Positions 16,845 to 31,500 of a stretch of 64,000 nucleotides of DNA are shown in pieces; the first letter of the stretch is position 1, and every line of letters starts with the position of its first letter. A model generated the notes under the pieces. That model was given only the letters and a program-made list of their open reading frames with translations, ran no database searches and was not told where the DNA came from. A program made the translations under genes and the position numbers. The stretch is from Macrostomum lignano (taxonomy: Eukaryota). The stretch spans positions 1 to 64,000 of the forward strand of contig NIVC01002014.1 in assembly GCA_002269645.1 (NCBI GenBank), in the 5' to 3' direction.

Positions 16845-19021
16845 ATGGGCAACGCCACGAACTCCATGTGCACCGAGCACTCGCTGCCCGAGACTCGCCT
16901 GGTGGCCGTCGGGTCGCTGCTCTTCTACTCTGCGCTGGGCCTGCTCGGCCTGCTGGGCAACGGTCACGTGATCATGGTCTTTGTTGGCTCCGTCGGCCGG
17001 GAGCGCAGCCTCCGGTTCCTGGTGATCGTGCTGTCGTGCATGGACCTGCTCATCTGCGGGGTGGTGCTGCCCACGGACTGCTACCGAGTGTTCACCGACT
17101 ACCTGGCCAGCCAGCAACAGGAGGCCGCCGCGCGCCAGCTGCAAGTCCGGCCGGTCAACCACTGGCTGAGCTCGCTGATTCTGTCCTCGCGCTACGCCGC
17201 CTTCGCCATGGAGGCCTGGATCCTCGTTCTCGTCGCGGTGGACAGGTGGGCGTTGTTAATCCCCAGGCATGCGTGTGTTTTATAAATAATTGTTGTGCCG
17301 GGCTGCTCTTGCACTGATGAGCGATCTTGGACTCTCAGGCAGGTGGGCCCGGCGCTGCACTCTTACCCCCCTCCCCTAAAGTGTTTGTGCCCTCTTTCAG
17401 CAAATGCCAAACCCCCTTTGCAGTTGTTTTCGCCCCCGTTCCAGTTGTTTACATCACCCCCTGCCCCGCGTTGTCTGCGCCAACCCCCTCCCCATTATCT
17501 TTTGATTGGCTGAGGTTGTTACATATTGTATTTTTGACCCTCTGGCGTGTCGCGATCAAGGACTACTAGACTAGATATAACGAAATGTTCCTAGTGGTCC
17601 TTGGTCGCGATTGGCTTGGGGTGGATTGTTTGTGCTAATGCTGTCTGGCGTGGGACCCTAGGGCTTACGCCAGGCAGCCTAAATACAATGAGAATCGCTG
17701 GCGGTGAGCAGGAGGCGCGCGGTCTTGCAACTTAAACTAGGCCATCAAACAGAATACTTTCTACCGAAAGCTATCCACTGAGTTGATCATCGCCAGTAAG
17801 TTCGCGTATTTGATTTACTACTTTCGGAATTGTACTGGGCTTGGGAGCAGTACTTGGGAAGTTTAGGGACGGACTGTCGACGCTTCTTGACGCGACCTCC
17901 GCTCAGAATCGAAGCTCAGTCCGGCCAGCGGATTGAAGCCAACTCGCGCTCGCCCGTTGGGGAGTCCCTTAGGTTTGATCAGACGGCCTGTCACAACTTA
18001 ATCGCATGCTACGAACCAAATTAGTTCATGAGATGTTTCCTTTGCACAACTTAGTGGCTCCTGTCATTGCACCCTAGACATTTACAGGAGCGCCTTGGAG
18101 CTGCTCCCATCAGGCTTCCTACTAAAAAGGAGGCGCCATGCTTCCTAGTTAAGCCTCGAACCCATTTTTCTGTCATTTTACAAGCTCATTCGTTAGCATT
18201 GATGCCGTTGTAGAGTTTAATTTCGAAGGGTTCTTGCTTGGCTCTTTACCCACTTGCGAACGCCACCAACAATTGAGTGAGCAACCCAATAGAGGAAAAA
18301 GGCTGTCAGGGGTGCCAAGCTGGTGTCAGAGTTGTCAGTTGCGTCAGAAGGGAGGAAGAAAAACCGTATCAGCAACGTCGCTAATCACTCCTTCACTCGC
18401 AGATACCTGAGCATCGTGCGTGCCCGCCAGTCCGGCCTCCGACTGCGCACAACGCTGGTGGCGCTGGCGGGTGGCGCGGGCGCCCTTCTGGCGCTCGAGT
18501 CTGCGGCCACGCTGGCGCACTACCTCAGTGAGGACCGCTGCCGCGTGAAGCTGTGGGTGGAAACCAACCTGCTGCGCCTGTACGGGGTCCTCGGAGCCGC
18601 CTCGCTGCTGGCAGTACTGGCCCTGTACATCCGGCTGTTCGCCTTCGTGGCGGTCAAGGAGCGGCGAAGGTCGGCTCGCCGGGAGCAGACGGCCGGGACT
18701 CTGCGTGCGCTGTCCAACGCGGCCGAACCGCTGGCGGGCCACGCTGACGGCCAGCCAGACGCAGCGGCCGCCAGTGGCTTCTGGTTTCCCCGGAGGCTCG
18801 CCCTGATGCTGTTCGCTGCCAGCCTGCTGTTCTACGCCAGCATGCTGCCCATGCTGCTCATCAACTTCCGGCTCATTCCGGACTCGCCGCTGCACCGATT
18901 TTTCTACTTGAACGCCTCGTTGAACTTTTTCTTGTACGCGCTGGTGAATGACAAGTTCAGGGCTGAGCTGCTGCGGCTGTACAGGCAGCGGCTGTGCCGG
19001 TGCTGCTGCAGGACTGCTTGA
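16845..19021 (+). CDS. Orphan class A (rhodopsin-like) GPCR, 2 coding exons
   Basis: Exons 16845-17245 and 18403-19021. Splicing AG|A TAC rebuilds the DRY motif. Seven hydrophobic segments, GN in TM1, LSCMDLL in TM2, NFFLY then NDKFR after TM7, Cys-rich tail, N-terminal NAT sequon. Confidence 0.88.
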
Positions 19022-20262
19022 GCCGGCGCGTCTGAATGGACGATGGTGCAAAAATCTCTTCCTTCCTGGTATCTGCTGCCAGGTAGCTAAAAGCACCGAC
19101 TGTTTCCAACTCTGAAGGCTCGTTCCAGCTGCCATCAGATGAAACAGATTTCCCGTTGATCACACGGCTTGCACATATTTTCGCGTTTCTCATTGATGGC
19201 TCATTGACGGTGTGAGACTAGCTTTGTTTGTCCCGGACTACAGAAATACTAGCTAAGGCACAGCAGTAGTTGTGCGTTTTCAGGCCGATCACCATTGGCG
19301 CAGAGACCCCAGGAGCTACTGAGATCAAAGTCAGCTTTGCAGGGACGCTCAAGTGTGTGTAGACAGGGCAATAAAAAGAATAATAGCAACGCTGCAACGC
19401 TATATAAAGTGTTTTGTATTTCGGTTGGCTTGCTGAAAAAAAGATTGAATACTGAGTAGAGTCAGAGTAGAATGCACCATTGGACTCATTTACAGTCTGC
19501 ACTGCTACAGACACCGCCCTCAGTGCTGAGTTGATTATAATAGTTTACTAGTTCATCGTCTCCCAAAGACAGTTTACGCTCGTAAATAGCTTCTTTGAGA
19601 GAGAGAGAGAGAGACAGAACACATTCAGAGTGCCAGCCGGATATTAATCACTTGGCCACTTGGCCACTCAGGCCGAACTGCCAAAGCGCCTCGGCAACTG
19701 CTAAGTTGGCCCCGCTGTCTCATGAATAATTTGGTGGCTCAGCCAACTGGGCGGTGGCCCAAGTGGCAGTCGGAGGTCCCGCCCGACCCCCACATCCCCG
19801 AGCCGACTCGGATAGCAGTCAGAGCCAGACGCAGCCAAGCGAGCATGCAAAGCTTGCGAGTGCTTTTGAGTACTTTTTCCTTCAGAGCCGGCGGCGAAGT
19901 CCAGGCTCATTTCCTGGTGAAAGGCGGTGAAGCACACGAACTGGGAAGAGTTCGAAGCATTTTCCTCCGTTAATTATTCACTGGAGGACTGTTTTGGTTA
20001 AATATATTGTTAGTTTTTTACCAATACATAATTGTAAATATACTCTTCCGTTTGTTAAAATGTACTTTACCACAAGAAAAAAACAAAAACAAAAACAAAT
20101 TGAGTTATTGAGGCGAAAAGGAAATTCAGAATTTTCAACGATCTCATTAGGAGTTTCGTTTTTGTGCCAAGAAATTAAAGTAAATTGAAAACGTTTAAAT
20201 TGTAATGTACTACTGAAAAATCGTCAGTAGCAGTAGTATAGGCGGTTTTGGTTCGCTAATGT

Positions 20263-23200
20263 TCAGCTCAGGCCATGGCCTCCACCGTCGGTTTCCGGCC
20301 GCTCCCGCGAGCGCCCGGGCAGCAGGGCAGTGAGGACCGGAACCACTCGTTCGCGCTGCGGATTCTGCGGTTCAACAGGTTTTGCAAGTCTCAACTTTCT
20401 GATCTCAGCTTCTATTCGTAAGCTACTCACACAACTTACTTCTCCAGCTTCTTCACTACATCTTCAGACACTCGTTCGTACGCCAGAATTTTCGGGACTG
20501 CCCAGTACTCCTGAGAATCGAATGAAGTGGAAGCAAAATGAGAGGAACGGCGGTAATTTCTTCCACGAAGAGTCAACATGCATCAATGGAGCTGACAAAA
20601 AGTGTGTCAAGAGTTGAATCGGCCCAACTCACCCACTTCAGCTGCATCTTCAGCTTCGTGGACGGTCCCCTGATGGCGACAATGAGCAGAAACTTTAACG
20701 ACAGAGTGGCGCTCTGCAATTAAAGTTGGTTAGCTGACGCTCATGAGCGGAAATCAAGGATTTTACACGCCTATGCAAAGCGGGCCACTCATTAACTGCT
20801 TGCGTGGTCACAGAAGTCAGTCCATGTAAAACTCGTTGGGGCTACCGAAAGCACGATGCTACTGAAGTCGCAATTTTGTCAGTAGTCAGCGGCTCGTTAC
20901 CTACAGTCGCAATAGAAAGTGGCCCATCTTGTGTGTCAACCACACAAGACCAAAGGGCAGTCACTCACCACAAAGGCGATGAACAGCACCAGTCTGTACA
21001 GAACCCGTCGGTCCTCACTGAGGTCCTGCAATCGGACAAAAACGGACAGACTGTCCGACGTGAAGGCCAGGATGGCGGCTGTGCTGAACACGCCAGCGTA
21101 GCTCAGGCAGTCCAGAATGCCGCCCCAGATGCCGAGGCCCTGGGACGGCCGGGGCAGCGGGCGGCGGTACCGGAGGAGAAGGCGGCTGGCGTCCAGGCGG
21201 AGGTCCACTGTGAGCGCGACGAGAGCGGCCACCGGGGCCAGGAAGCAGGCGGAGCCGAACAGCTGCAGAAAAATTGATGATGAAGCCCCAGGTGACATTT
21301 TGGGTGAGGTTGCAGGTGAGGTTGCAGGTGAGGTTGCAGGTGATGTTGCAGGTGATGTTGCAGGTGATGTTGCAGGTGATGTTGCAGGTGAGGTTGCAGG
21401 TGATGTTGCAGGTGATGTTGCAGGTGAGGTTGCAGGTGATGTTGCAGGTGATGTTGCAGGTGATGTTGCAGGTGATGTTGCAGGTGATGTTGCAGGTGAG
21501 GTTGCAGGTGATGTTGCAGGTGATGTTGCAGGTGATGTTGCAGGTGAGGTTGCAGGTGATGTTGCAAATGAGGTTGCAGGTGAGGTTGCAGGTGAGGTTG
21601 CAGGTGAGGTTGCAGGTGGCGATAGGATAAAGAGAGAAAAGACGTTGAAATTTTTCTAGCATGTTCAGGTTAATGACAACTAATTTTTATTCAATATTAT
21701 ACTCAGGGAGTAAAGCTCACTATTCGCGAAAAATTTAAAGACCAATGTTTGCCGTAAAATACTATTAGTAAGATAATAAGACAATGAGTTAATTTTTTAC
21801 TTGATTGTGCTCAAAGTTTCTAAATCTCTTAGTATTTAATTGATAACAACCTATATTCTATTGCTTTTTACACAACAGCCTTGATTTATGGCACCGATTC
21901 CGATTCGGAACCAAACAGCTGAACTCACCACCATATAGCCGTAGAGGATCATCTTGTCCAGGTACTCAACGTCGTCTCCCTCGTTGGCCATGTGACGCTG
22001 GCAGGCGAACTCCAGAAACTCTTCCAGCTGTTGGTCGTCTGCGTTTCCTCCGTGCCTGCGAGCACCGGGCTCCTTCAGGCGCATCTCCTGCTCATTCAGG
22101 CAGCTCAGCTCGACGCCGTACAGCTGGCTCTTCAGACAGGGGCAGAAGCAGGCCAGCAGTGACTTGAAGCAGCGTAGAGCGCTCCAAAAAGGGTGGCAGT
22201 GCTTGACGAGCCTGCGGGGCGTCAGATTGGTTGGTTTATGACTCATGAGCAAAGGATCCGTGACTCCGCAATCTGCTCTAAAGCAGCTGGGGAAATCTTA
22301 CGGCCAAAGATAGTCGATGAAACTCTTCAAAGCCGATCGGAACACGATGTAGTAGGTGGTGAGCAGGTTGAGCTGGCTGAAGCAGTCCACTCTGGTTCCG
22401 CCCAATTCGCAGTGGTCCGTGAGACTGCCTACACGGATTCCGCCCTGAGAAAAAATAATGCAAACTTTTCTGATGGCGCATACCGGAACACAGCGCACAC
22501 CATGCACATAGCACACACCATGCACATAGCACACACCATGCACATAGCGCACACCATGCACATAGCGCACACCATGCCACTAACACACACCATGCACATA
22601 GCGCACACCATGCACATAGCACACACCATGCACATAGCGCACACCATGCCACTAACACACACCATGCACATAGCGCACACCATGCACATAGCACACACCA
22701 TGCACATAGCACACACCATGCACATAGCGCACACCATGCACATAGCACACACCATGCACATAGCGCACACCATGCCACTAACACACACCATGCACATAGC
22801 GCACACCATGCCACTAACACACACCATGCACATAGCGCACACCATGCACATAGCACACACCATGCACATAGCGCACACCATGCCACTAACACACACCATG
22901 CACATAGCGCACACCATGCACATAGCACACACCATGCACATAGCACACACCATACACATAGCGCACACCATGCACATAGCGCACACCATGCCACTAACAC
23001 ACACCATGCACATAGCGCACACCATGCACATAGCACACACCATGCACATAGCACACACCATACACATAGCGCACACCATGCCACTAACACACACCATGCA
23101 CATAGCGCACACCATGCACATAGCACACACCATGCACATAGCACACACCATGCACATAGCACACACCATACACATAGCACACACCATGCACATAGCACAC

Positions 23201-26200
23201 ACCATGCACATAGCACACACCATACACATAGCACCACACACCATACACATAGCACACACACCATGCAAATAGCACCACACACCATGCACATAGCACCACA
23301 CACCATGCCACATAGCACACACCATACACATAGCACACACCATGCACATAGCACCACACACCATGCACATAGCACCACACACCATGCACATAGCACCACA
23401 CACCATGCACATAGCACCACACACCATGCCACATAGCACCACACACCATGCACATAGCACCACACACCATGCACATAGCACCACACACCATGCACATAGC
23501 ACCACACACCATGCACATAGCACCACACACCATGCACATAGCACCACACACCATGCCACATAGCACCACACACCATGCACATAGCACCACACACCATGCA
23601 CATAGCACCACACACCATGCACATAGCACCACACACCATGCACATAGCACCACACACCATGCACATAGCACCACACACCATGCACATAGCACACACCATG
23701 CACATAGCACACACCATGCACATAGCACACACCATGCCACATAGCACACACCATACACATAGCACACACCATGCAAATAGCACCACACACCATGCACATA
23801 GTACCACACACCATGCACATAGCACACACCATGCACATAGCACACACCATGCCACATAGCACCACACACCATGCACATAGCACCACACACCATGCACATA
23901 GCACCACACACCATGCACATAGCACCACACACCATGCACATACACGTAGCATAAAGCATACACCATGCCACGTAACATTCATCCAATCGCATAGCACGCC
24001 ATGCCACATAGCGCACACCGAAAAGTACATACCAAATCCCTGAGCTCATCACAAACATAAACCAGAAATGCTCAATGCCAGACATTTTAACGCCCTGCAG
24101 CTCACCAGTCGCACAAAAGCGATGTAAAACAGAGCCGCATAGTTGTTGGCAAATCTGAAAGCGAACTCCTTCATGGCGAACGAGTTCTCCTGGTCCGTCA
24201 GATAGCGGTGCCGCTCTGCGAGGTGAACAAGGCGGCGAGAGGTGAACCTTTTAGAAGATCACTAATAAATCTGGGCTTTCTCTGGCCCTGATGTCCTTTG
24301 CAACGTCTATTTGATCTGGGCATCGAACCCAGACACTTGGTCTGCCACTCTAATAATCATCTAAACTCACCCCACTTGGTAATTTTCCTCGCCAGTACGC
24401 TGTACAACTGAAAGACAAAATAAGGCCAGGATTAGATTCAGTGATTTGAAGCGCTTCCTTAACAGCCCAGGCTCTGCCAGGCAAGGTTTACCCTATCGAA
24501 GGCATCGATGAGGACGATGTGCGCCAAGGCGGGCAGAGCCGTGGCCAGGAAGAAGCAGGCCCCGCTGTCTTTGCTCTCCTCACTGGCGCCGACGCAGTGC
24601 CAGGCCGTGGCAACCAGCTTGGTGACCTGGATTGACACCGTCACCGCGAACACGATGGCCACCTGCGGTTCAGTGGTTCCCGAAGTTACAGCAAACGGTT
24701 TCATGAGCACAGTGACTTGAGCCTACTAATGAGTAGCACCGACAACATTGCGCCGGCAATCTCTTAAAGTTGATGAGGTCATGGTTTAGCGCATATCCCG
24801 CTAGTACCAGACATCAGTCCCTCTATCAAAAGACTATCAAAGCTTTAGCATGTGAATACAGAGTAAAAATTGCCGCCACTTTTTCGCATCAAACTGTAAC
24901 TATCAAGGCTCTCACGCAGGTGAAGATCAACGAAAAGCCACCGAGACAACGCAAGCAGTCCGTCTGGTGTCGACCAGTTGACTGTTGAGGGAATGTGGCG
25001 AGATTTGCATTTTTAAGGTCAGGTTTAGAGGCCAAGACACTCTGATAGTAAGAAAGATGCAACATGTCACACCTTATTAAACTGCTCCATCTTGCTTCAA
25101 GCTGCTATGGCTTTTGGAATTTTAGTCTTTCATAATAGTACATTGATACCCATGCTTTAAGGGCGTTAATGGGAAAATCAGAGGGCGCCTAATTAAGCAT
25201 AAGTATAAGATATTCCATGGGTTTGAGGTCGGTCTGTGATTAAATCCCGAGAGCTGAAGGCTCGAGGGATTTAAGTGAAATACCGCCCGAAAAACACATA
25301 GAATATCTTATTTAAACTACTTTAATTTAGCGGGATGTATTCAGATAAATCCCGGAGCCATACTTGTATGTCTATGGTTGAAGTTGAGGATGGGGGTGTG
25401 GGGGCGAAGCCCCTGCTGGGGGTGAGGGGACGAAGCCCCCACATTCTTACCATAGACAAAATTTCATTAAGAAATTTCTCGAGTCACGAAGGAAGAGAAG
25501 AGAGAAGCTCGCATATTTAGATACATACAATAATCCTTGCAATATTTCCGGGAAAGTGATCGATTAAATCCCGCAAAATAAAATCGTCTTCACAACTCTG
25601 ACGTGTTCTGCAATAGGCCTTGGTTACGAAAGTGTCGCAGGCACCAGTGAGCTGCTCAGACTCACCATGCGGCAGCAGCACCGCACGAGCACAGCTCGGT
25701 TCGGCAGCGACCTCTCTGCGAACAGCTGGTTGTTCATGTCCCAGCGGTAGCTCAGGCTGCTCTCGTACTTGCGCCACGTCTCCGTGGTGGTCATGCTCCA
25801 CAGGCTGAGCACGCAGCCGAACACAATAGTGAGCTCGTTCTCAAACACAAGTCGGATGAACTGCATCAAGCTGACCATGAATATCGACAGTCTGAGATCG
25901 GGCGGAGTGTTTTTGAAGGTAAATTTTCTTTCTTAGCGCTTTGTTTCTCCACACTAGTGACTCCTTAAGCCAGGGGCGTAGCTAGGGAGGGGGCAACGGG
26001 GGGGGCAAGAGAGCCGCGTCCCCTCTTTTCCAGCAGGCTTGGCCCCCCCCCCTCTTTTCCAGCAGGCTTGGCCCCCCCTCTTTTCCAGCAGGCTTGGCCC
26101 CCCCTCTTTTCCAGCAGGCTTGGCCCCCCCTCTTTTCCAGCAGGCTTGGCCCCCCCCTCTTTCCCAGCAGGCTTGGCCCCCCCTCTTTCCCAGCAGGCTT

Positions 26201-28427
26201 GGCCCCCCCTCTTTCCCAGCAGGCTTGGCGCCCCCCTCTTTTCCAGCAGGCTTGGCCCCCCTCTTTCCCAGCAGGCTTGGTCCCCCCTCTTTCCCAGCAG
26301 GCTTGGCCCCCCTCTTTCCCAGCAGGCTTGGTCCCCCCTCTTTCCCAGCAGGCTTGGCCCCCCCTCTTTTCCAGCAGGCTTGGCGCCCCCCTCTTTTCCA
26401 GCAGGCTTGGCCCCCCTCTTTTCCAGCAGGCTTGGCCCCCCCCCTCTTTTCCAGCAGGCTTGGCCCCCCCCCTCTTTTCCAGCAGGCTTGGCCCCCCCCC
26501 TCTTTTCCAGCAGTGGCCCCCCCTCTTTTCCAGCAGGCTTGCCCCCCCCTTTCCTAGCAGGCTTGGCGCCCCCTCTTTTCCAGCAGGCTTGCCCCCCCTC
26601 TTTTCCAGTAGGCTTGGCCCCCCCTCTTTCCCAGCAGGCTTGGCCCCCCCTTTCCTAGTAGGCTTGGCGCCCCCTCTTTTCCAGCAGGCTTGGCCCCCCT
26701 CTTTTCCAGCAGGCTTGGCCCCCCTCTTTCCCAGCAGGCTTGGCCCCCCCTCTTTCCCAGCAGGCTTGGCCCCCCCTCTTTCCCAGCAGGCTTGGCGCCC
26801 CCCTCTTTTCCAGCAGGCTTGGCCCCCCCCCCTCTTTCCCAGCAGGCTTGGCCCCCCCTCTTTCCCAGCAGGCTTGGCCCCCCCTCTTTCCCAGCAGGCT
26901 TGGCCCCCCCCCCCTCTTTCCCAGCAGGCTTGGCGCCCCCTCTTTTCCAGCAGGCTTGGCCCCCCCCCTCTTTTCCAGCAGGCTTGGCCCCCCCTCTTTC
27001 CCAGCAGGCTTGGCGCCCCCCTCTTTTCCAGCAGGCTTGGCCCCCCCTCTTTTCCAGCAGGCTTGGCCCCCCTCTTTTCCAGCAGGCTTGGCCCCCCTCT
27101 TTTCCAGCAGGCTTGGCGCCCCCCCCCAGAGACGTGCCCCCAATAGGAAATCCTGGCTGCGCCCCTGCCTTCAACACGTTGGCTTAGCAGCTCTAAAGAG
27201 ACGCTATAATCTACATAGGGAAATTGTCAATCATCTGCCTGACTCACTTGCTGCCAGTAGAAAATTGGTTTGCATTTCCACCAGTGCTGTTTAGAAATTT
27301 CTCCGACGAGGCGACATAATTGTTGGAGCTGGAAGGCAAGTTGGGCTGCAGCATTAGAGCTTTGTAGAAACATGTACAGAGCTGTGACCAGGGGCGGGGG
27401 CGGTTCACAAACTCAAAATTTCACAACGTCAAAAGCAACTTCCTTCCGAACGTCGAAAACTCTATCGCAAGGGACGTCAAGATGATAAGATTGCCGTTTC
27501 CAATACAGTGTCTGAAGCATACATTTTCAATACATCATCAAATTGAAGTACCAACACGAGGAGGAGGGGTGGGGCGGGGGGGACGCAAACACGCCAGGCG
27601 GGGGGATGGAAAAACGCCAGATGGCGCTACAGCGCAAATCAGTCATAAAAGTCACTTGCTATAGAGTTTTCAACGTTGTGAAGTTTCTAGCTTGTGAAAT
27701 AATTAGCGTTTCAATGGTGTCAAATTTCGAGCTCGTGACAGAAGCCCCATGACAGCGAGCCACCCTGGGCAGCCGCGCACTCACGCGTAGACCAGTCCGT
27801 ATATCAGGCAGGCCAGCCCGAAGGCGGTGATGAAGAGCAGACTCCAGATGATGTAGCCGACCCAGGCAAAGTAGAAGGCCATCTTCTCGCCGAAGTACAG
27901 CCTGATGAGGCTGATGGGCTGGAAGCGGCAGCAGCAGTCCCAGGTTTTCCGCAGGCGCAGCCGCAGGTCCAGTCTGGGCTTGCTTGCCACGGTGGTCTCG
28001 GGCTCGACCGCGTGACCGAGCGGGCTCAGGCAGAGGCAGCAGCAGCAGCTGGGGCCGCAGGTGCAGCACTTGGATTTTGCCCGAGTTTTGTCGTGCATGG
28101 CGAAGGCGTCAGCAAAGATGTTCGACTCGAGCAAGTACTCCAGGCCTTCACAGGGGTTGGCAAATGCTTATAGGCCTGATTCTATCTGATATTTTGATAT
28201 TTTGGAAAGCACAGCCTAAGCTAAGCACGCATTGAGTCAATTAAAACTCCTCACAGATTGGCTCTGACTCGTCTTCAGACTCCAGTCGCTCCCGCAGGCC
28301 GCTGCAGTAGCGGCAGCTCTCCTGCTCGCTGCAGAAGAACTGGTCCGGCCCCATGCGGCGCATCCGGGACCGCAGCTCCGGGCCGATGTTGATGTCTTGC
28401 AGGATGGCGTGCGTCTGCAACAGTGAC

Positions 28428-28516
<89 letters not shown>

Positions 28517-31500
28517 GATTAAATTCTGATGAAAGCTATCTGATTGAGCAGCTCACCAGGTGGATTCGCTGAGCCCCGGTCAGCGGAATGCCATCGCAGG
28601 CATCTGTCAGGTTCTGGACGACTTCGCTTGGCATGTCTTCATCTGGCAGAGTCGAGCCCGGGACCTCCTTTTCTGGCCCGCCGTAGAACAGGTGGATCTT
28701 GGCCATCAAGAAAGGCGTGCAGATGATATCGGCTGGTGTGAGCGAGGGTTGGATTGCAGACTGGATCAGCTCTGTATAAGAAAAGATTTATTTACTCCTA
28801 AGCTCAGAAAGCGGGCTTACAGTTGGCCTCATCCAGCACGTGGTCAGGCGGGTTTGTCTCTTCGACTCCGTCAGTCAGCAGGCCGGAGCAGCAGCCGCCC
28901 CAGGCCACAAAGTTGCTCACCGACGTGTTGTGCAGGGTCAACCGCTCTCCGCATGGCTGCGGTGCCAGCGTTTGAGTTGCCATGGTTTCAGCAGTGTGAC
29001 CCCTGACACACCAGTCTGGCCTCCAACACACCAGTCTGACCCCTGACACACTAGTCTGGCCTCCGACACACCAGTCTGACCCCTGACACACCAGTCTGAC
29101 TCCTGACACACTAGTCTGGCCTCCGACACACCAGTCTGGCCTCTGACACACCAGTCTGACCCCTGACACACCAGTCTGGCCTCCAACACACCAGTCTGAC
29201 CCCTGACACACTAGTCTGGCCTCCGACACACCAGTCTGACCCCTGACACACCAGTCTGACTCCTGACACACCAGTCTGACCCCTGACACACCAGTCTGGC
29301 CTCCGACACACCAGTCTGACCCCTGACACACCAGTCTGGCCTCCGACACACCAGTCTGACCCCTGACACACCAGTCTGGCCTCCGACACACCAGTCTGAC
29401 CCCTGACACACCAGTCTGGCCTCCGACACACCAGTCTGACCCCTGACACACTAGTCTGGCCTCCGACACACCAGTCTGACCCCTGACACACCAGTCTGGC
29501 CTCCGACACACCAGTCTGATCCCTGACACACCAGTCTGGCCTCCGACACACCAGTCTGACCCCTGACACACCAGTCTGGCCTCCGACACACCAGTCTGAC
29601 CCCTGACACACCAGTCTGGCCTCCGACACACCAGTCTGATCCCTGACACACCAGTCTGGCCTCCGACACAACAGTCTGATCCCTGACACACCAGTCTGGC
29701 ACCTGACATACCAGTCTGACACCTTACATACCAGTCTGACACCTGAAATACCAGTCTGACCCCTGAAAAATACGAGTCTGACCCCTGAAATACCAGTCTG
29801 ACCCCTGAAATACCAGTCTGACACCTTACATACCAGTCTGACACCTGACACACCAGTCTGACACCTGACATACCAGTCTGACACCTGACACACCAGTCTG
29901 ACACCTGACATACCAGTCTGACATCTGGCACACCAGTCTGACACCTGACACACCAGTCTGACACCTGACACACCAATCTGATACCTGACATACCATTCTG
30001 ATCCCTGAAATACCAGTCTGACACGTGGCCTACCAGTCTGACACGTGGCCTACCAGTCTGACACCTGACACACCAGTCTGACACCTGACATACCAGTCTG
30101 ACAACTGACATACCAGTCTGTCCCCTGACATACCAGTCTGACACCTGACATACCAGTCTGACACCTGACATACCAGTCTGACATCTGGCACACCAGTCTG
30201 ACACCTGACATACCAGTCTGACTCCTGACATACCAGTCTGACACCTGACATACCAGTCTGACACCTGACATACCAGTCTAATACCTGACATACCAGTCTG
30301 ACACCTGACATACCAGTCTGACACCTGAAAAACCAGTCTGACACCTGACAAACCAGTCTGACACCTGACATACCAGTCTGACACCTGACACACCAGTCTG
30401 ACACCTGACATACCAGTCTGACACCTGACACACCAGTCTGACACCTGACAAACCAGTCTGACACCTGACATACCAGTCTGACACCTGACACACCAGTCTG
30501 ACACCTGACATACCAGTCTGACACCTGACACACCAGTCTGACACCTGACATACCAGTCTGACATCTGGCACACCAGTCTGACACCTGACATACCAGTCTG
30601 ACACCTGACAAACCAGTCTGACACCTGACATACCAGTCTGACACCTGAAAAACCAGTCTGACACCTGACATACCAGTCTGACACCTGACATACCAGTCTG
30701 ACACCTGAAAAACCAGTCTGACACCTGACATACCAGTCTGACACCTGACATACCAGTCTGACACCTGACATACCAGTCTGACACCTGACATACCAGTCTG
30801 ACACCTGACACACCAGTCTGACACCTGACATACCAGTCTGACACCTGACAAACCAGTCTGACACCTGACAAACTAGTCTGACACCTGACACACCAGTCTG
30901 ACACCTGACATACCAGTCTGACACCTGACACACCAGTCTGACACCTGACACACCAGTCTGACACCTGACACACCAGTCTGATCCCTGACACACCAGTCTG
31001 ACACCTGACACACCAGTCTGATCCCTGACACACCAGTCTGACACCTGACACACCAGTCTGATCCCTGACACACCAGTCTGACACCTGACACACCAGTCTG
31101 ATCCCTGACAAACCAGTCTTACACCTGACACACCAGTCTGACACCTGACATACCAGTCTGACACCTGACAAACCAGTCTAATCATCTTATCATCTGAACA
31201 TCAGACTACTCTAATCATCTGAAAACAGACAGTCCAATGCCACTTACACCTTTGAGAGGCAGCTCCATCAAAAGAGCCTCAGCCTTCCTGAGCAGCACCA
31301 GCGAGTTCGCTCTGAACCCCAGGTAGTGAGACACGAACTCGCAGGACTTCCTGTCACCCTTCTCAGGCGGGAATCTCATTGACCTGCTGGTCACAGTGAG
31401 GCCCCGGGCCTCCGCGCCCAGCTTGAAGTAGCGACGCGCCCAGTGCTTGGCCTGGCAGCGCCGGTCCTCGGCGAAGGCGCGCACCGTGGCATAGTGCAGT

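Noticed and set aside
28770-28821. In-frame TAG (readthrough or pseudogene) at the anoctamin A exon 2/3 junction
   Set aside because: It arises only with the acceptor at 28772. The acceptor at 28733 gives S-D-I-I-C-T-P-F, collinear with paralog B (R-H-F-I-T-A-P-F), with no stop.
21015-31185. Long repeat-derived ORFs (CVLCAW, PPLFQQAW, SGVRLVCQVSDW and similar at 235, 3912, 13691, 35139, 37101, 61571, 63141)
   Set aside because: They are open only because the repeat units lack stops, usually in several frames at once, and most lie in introns of supported genes.
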